A stretch of DNA of 63,393 nt, the filler included, from Craspedostauros australis (taxonomy: Eukaryota): NCBI GenBank assembly GCA_030167865.1. It is 21 parts of 21 records of this genome, joined end to end, with 100 filler letters (N's around TTAATTAATTAA, not from the genome) between each part and the next. Parts side by side here need not be neighbours in the genome. Positions count along the whole stretch, not along the records: positions 59,481 to 62,099 come from JALAGF010000283.1; positions 62,200 to 63,393 come from JALAGF010000293.1; 19 more parts are not named here. One strand, written 5' to 3'. The notes beneath the pieces are model-generated. The model was given only the letters and a program-made list of their open reading frames with translations. It was not told the origin of the DNA and did not search any database. Of this stretch, positions 59,646 to 63,393 are shown piece after piece (the first letter of the stretch is position 1; every line of letters begins with the position of its first letter). A program made the position numbers and the translations under genes.

Positions 59646-61158
59646 CAAGAGGATCGCTCACAGTCGTCTTGATTCGAGGTTTGACTGGTGACAAATTCAT
59701 GCAGGCTCGACATGTTTGAACAAAGCACAACCGTGATTCACAGAAGCAGAATAAATGATACTGTGGACGACGAACACCGGATACTGCTGGCTCCCTGACC
59801 TCTCTCCACTCTTCCACGCTTGCGCCAACATACTTGCGAGAGTCCACTTGGTCGATACAGCTCTGGAATCCCAGACTGGCTGTTGGCTGCGAGAGTTGCA
59901 TGGAGTTTTGGATGATCTGTGTCACACATAACGATAAAGCCAGAGACGAATCACAATTGGGACATCATCGCCGTCGATGTGTCTTCCCCAAAGTGCCTCG
60001 CTCCGTGCAGAGGCGCAGCAGCACAAAACTCTTCACCCTTTCCTCTCCAATCGACTTCAAGCAGAGCTGGTGGAGGCTGCACAGCCGTCGGAAGGAGTTG
60101 CTCATTTGACACGAGTGCTGTGCTTTCGACGCAGGCAGTATGGAACTGTGATACGAGTACGAGCAGAGCAGCGCAGGTCACCGATGGCACGGATAACAGG
60201 ACATCAATCAAGGTTGCTCATGAGAGTTCTGCTCGAGATGTTCTGTCGCAAGCATGTTTGAACATCACTGTGAGCTCTTGCGGTCTCTCTCTCTCTCTCT
60301 TGCTGGAGAGAGGAGCGCATTGCACTTGTGTCCGCAATACAGCTCAAGCGGGTTCATTGGATGCAGCGCAAGAGTCATGTCCCTCATTTTGTTCCCGCAT
60401 CATCTGCTAGATACTGCGTCAAGATGAGTGAGCCTGCCCAGCGGCGCCGAGAACCCACAGAATAGATTGTTCACAGTCAGCTATTGCATTGCCTAACGAG
60501 CAACATATCTTCAACAGAGGTGGCAGAACCGCCAATCTATCCTCTCGCTCTCTTGCTTTCTTTGGTTTATTGGTTTCATTGTTAGATCTCGCCACGCGGT
60601 ATCGATGTCGAGCCTGTCGTCGCACAAGCCGACTTAAACGACTGATGTGTTGGCAGCGGCGTTAGTGCCATCCTGTTGTGATCCATTTGGGCGACGCTCT
60701 TGCTCACCTGGCTCCAGACCTTCGTTGTTCCTTCACAACAGCAATGACAAATAGAATACACACAACTTGTAACGTGGCTGTCATCCACTGTGCTCCCATT
60801 TGGAGCGGAATGACAAGTTGCAATTGACCATGTGTGATGCCATCTCATGATCTGACTGTTCATGCCCAGCGTGCCTCCGATTCCTCTCTGTCGAGCTATG
60901 CGGCCGCATGAAGCAAGTTTGCTCCAGCCACTCAGCTCCAGCAGGTCAGCCAACTATAACAATAGGGTGAAATGGGCAAGTGCCATTGATTCAGCATATT
61001 CGTCCAATATTATAGAATTAGACGAACGCGTTTTCTCATTCTATTGCGAGGCTGCGTGCGTGTGTTTGTGTCTGGGGCAACAGGATTGCCGCATTGTGTG
61101 CCTCCGATAGAAGATATGGAGTACGCTGCTCAACTCACATTTGTCTCTGTCTATGACA

Positions 61159-62017
61159 TCACGTACGGAGTAGAGAGGATGTGACAAAGTACTCTGGGTA
61201 GGCCTGGGCGTCGTGATGCACCACAAAGGTGGATGGATTGTCCATGTTGTCGACCGTGGAATCAAAGAGTTCCGTCTGTTGGTTAGGTTTGGTGTCAGGG
61301 ATCAGGTGGTTGCTTGTTCCTTGGCAAAAGTCTCCAATAGCTGCGCGGCACATGAACATGCGTTGGACGCTGTCGTCATCAGGGACGGAGTATGTACGAT
61401 TGGCCGAGGCGGATAGATCGCTTGCAAAGTATACACCTTTGCCGTACTTTGTTCCGTTGCGCCCGGCAAATGATCGATTGAATCCCTGTCTCTCGATCTT
61501 GGCGGCGTGCTCCCTTGTCGTGCCATGAAAGAGCCATTTGTACTCCGCAGACTGCCTGTGGTTGTTCACAACGGTTTCAGGATGCTCTTCGAAGGCAACC
61601 TCCATCGTTTGCTTTTTGGCTGCATAGGTCTGCCATAGCACCAGGTTTTGAATGCGCTCAATTGAGGCGATGTCGATGCTTTGGCCTGAAGAGCTGCACG
61701 GAGCGTGTTGAACGAAGCTGACCACATCTTTCTATTCTTCGGAATGATGGCACAGTTGAAATCGTCCATGGTTGAAGCTCTGCTTGTCGTTGCTGAATCT
61801 CTCCCATGCAGGTGGTGTTTCCGATGAGACAGCCATTCCCTTCATGCCCTTGATGATATCGCCCATCATATCGACGGTGGGGGCGCTGACTGCTGTAATC
61901 GGAAACCAACCGGAGGTGGCGCAGTTTTTGCAATGCCTGCGACAGTGTTTCGATTGGCGTGCAAAAGGCAGATGAAGTTGGTACAGCCTTGATTGTGCCT
62001 GCGCGCAATTTGAATGG
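61159..62017 (-). pseudogene. PARP-family (mono-ADP-ribosyltransferase-like) catalytic domain gene, disrupted
   Basis: IERIQN..LW..Y, LFHGT, GFNRSFAGRNGTKYGKGVYFA, FDSTVD and AQAYPEY. In-frame TAG at 61732-61734 (SEE*KDV) and LTR insertion at 62018. Confidence 0.85.
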
Positions 62018-62099
62018 TGTTGAAACAGGTCTCAATCCTGTTGCTCATGTAGACCGGGTGGGGCTACAATTGGTTCACTAAGTTAGTTGTTCTGTTATC
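62018..62099. mobile_element. LTR terminus (TGTTGAAACAGG...), same family as 46519-47040
   Basis: Reverse complement of 46959-47040. Confidence 0.9.
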
Positions 62100-62200
62100 N
62101 NNNNNNNNNNNNNNNNNNNNNNNNNNNNNNNNNNNNNNNNNNNTTAATTAATTAANNNNNNNNNNNNNNNNNNNNNNNNNNNNNNNNNNNNNNNNNNNNT

Positions 62201-63393
62201 TCTGGAATCGGTGACGCAGAGATCAAGGATCTAGCGCTGGTCACGGCCACTGCTGTCATCCAGACCACCTCAGGACCGGTGATCGGTTGGTTCCATCAGT
62301 ACGCCAACTACGGGAGAGGGCGCACCATCCATTCTGCCAATCAACTCGCAGCGTTTGGATTGGATGTCAACGAGAGACCCAAGAACCTCCCTGGCGGTCG
62401 GCAAACCATCGTCACGCCAGACGGATTCATCATCCCACTCACCGTGCGTCAAGGCCTCGCATACATGGACATGCACAAGCCAACTCAAGCGGAGCTAGAC
62501 GATCTGCCACACGTGTTCTTCACTTCCGACCAAGAGTGGGACCCATCTGTCCTGGACGGAGAGGCTGATCTGGACAACATTCCCGCAACCAAACGCGGAG
62601 AAGACGAAGACAACGACATCGACATCACCATCTCCAAGTGCGTTCAGTACGTTCAATCTGCTGCGACGCTCGGGGATGGGGAGAAGGCAACCACGGCCGG
62701 ACCACGCAACATCGTGGGTAAAGCGCCCAACTTCCATGCGCTTCGACCGTACTTCGGGTGGATTCCAGCAGACCGCGTGCGTGACACTCTTGCGTGTACT
62801 ACCCAATGGTACCGCATGTCTGAGCGTTATCCCATGCGTAAACACTATAAGTCTAGATTCCCCGCAGCCAATGTCAGCCAACTTCACGATGTTGTTTCCA
62901 TGGACACGTTGTTCTCTGACACGCCTGCTCATCATGACGGAGTCCCCGGACACGGTGGATGTACCATGGTACANNNNNNNNNNNNNNNNNNNNNNNNNNN
63001 NNNNNNNNNNNNNNNNNNNNNNNNNNNNNNNNNNNNNNNNNNNNNNNNNNNNNNNNNNNNNNNNNNNNNNNNNNNNNNNNNNNNNNNNNNNNNNNNNNNN
63101 NNNNNNNNNNNNNNNNNNNNNNNNNNNNNNNNNNTCCTCCGGCAGTACTGCATTGCAGACCACCAGTCCGAGCCACACCACCAACATCAGAATCCTGTCG
63201 AGCGACGCATCCAGGATTTGAAGCGCACCACCAACGGCATCATGGACAGAACTGGCACTCCTGCCAGGTTCTGGCTCATCTGCACTCTGTACGTCGTGGG
63301 GCTGTTCAACCATCTGTCCCAGTCCACGGCCGGTCACATCACGCCCATCCAAGCCGCTACTGGCCAACGTCCCGACGTGAGTAAGTACCTCAA
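62201..63393 (+). mobile_element. Ty1/Copia (CoDi-II-like) pol fragment: post-protease region and integrase core
   Basis: Manual translation (absent from the ORF track): GPVIGWFHQYA..GRTIHS..GGRQTIVTPDG.IIPL..GLAYMDM, YFGWIP, KSRFPAANV, SEPHHQHQNPVERRIQDLK. Confidence 0.92.

Overview
This window is not a contiguous locus. It is 21 short eukaryotic contigs joined by an artificial 100-bp linker (44 N + TTAATTAATTAA + 44 N), so adjacency across linkers has no biological meaning. Gene content points to a diatom, probably pennate (inference): CoDi-type Copia gag/pol, a cyclase-PDE fusion, an ASAF-type plastid targeting peptide, PT/SPT-repeat surface proteins and a C-terminal Zn-ribbon family. The contigs are rich in transposons. 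There are several Ty1/Copia fragments and one LTR inserted into two different genes. There are also at least three DNA-element end families, including a 322-bp hairpin-terminated, TA-flanked end found at three unrelated sites. Host genes include two UTP13/TBL3 copies (one disrupted), MRS2, an SDR, a sulfotransferase-like protein, a glycosyltransferase-like protein, a Pls-like NRPS terminal region, and ankyrin and PARP pseudogenes. The best novelty candidates are the TA-flanked hairpin-ended elements, a Copia Gag with a hydrophobic membrane-like tail, and a Copia Pol with a roughly 350-aa in-frame extra segment. I saw no CRISPR array, rRNA, tRNA or recognisable Fanzor/TnpB nuclease. All homology calls come from motif recognition by eye, not from database searches.
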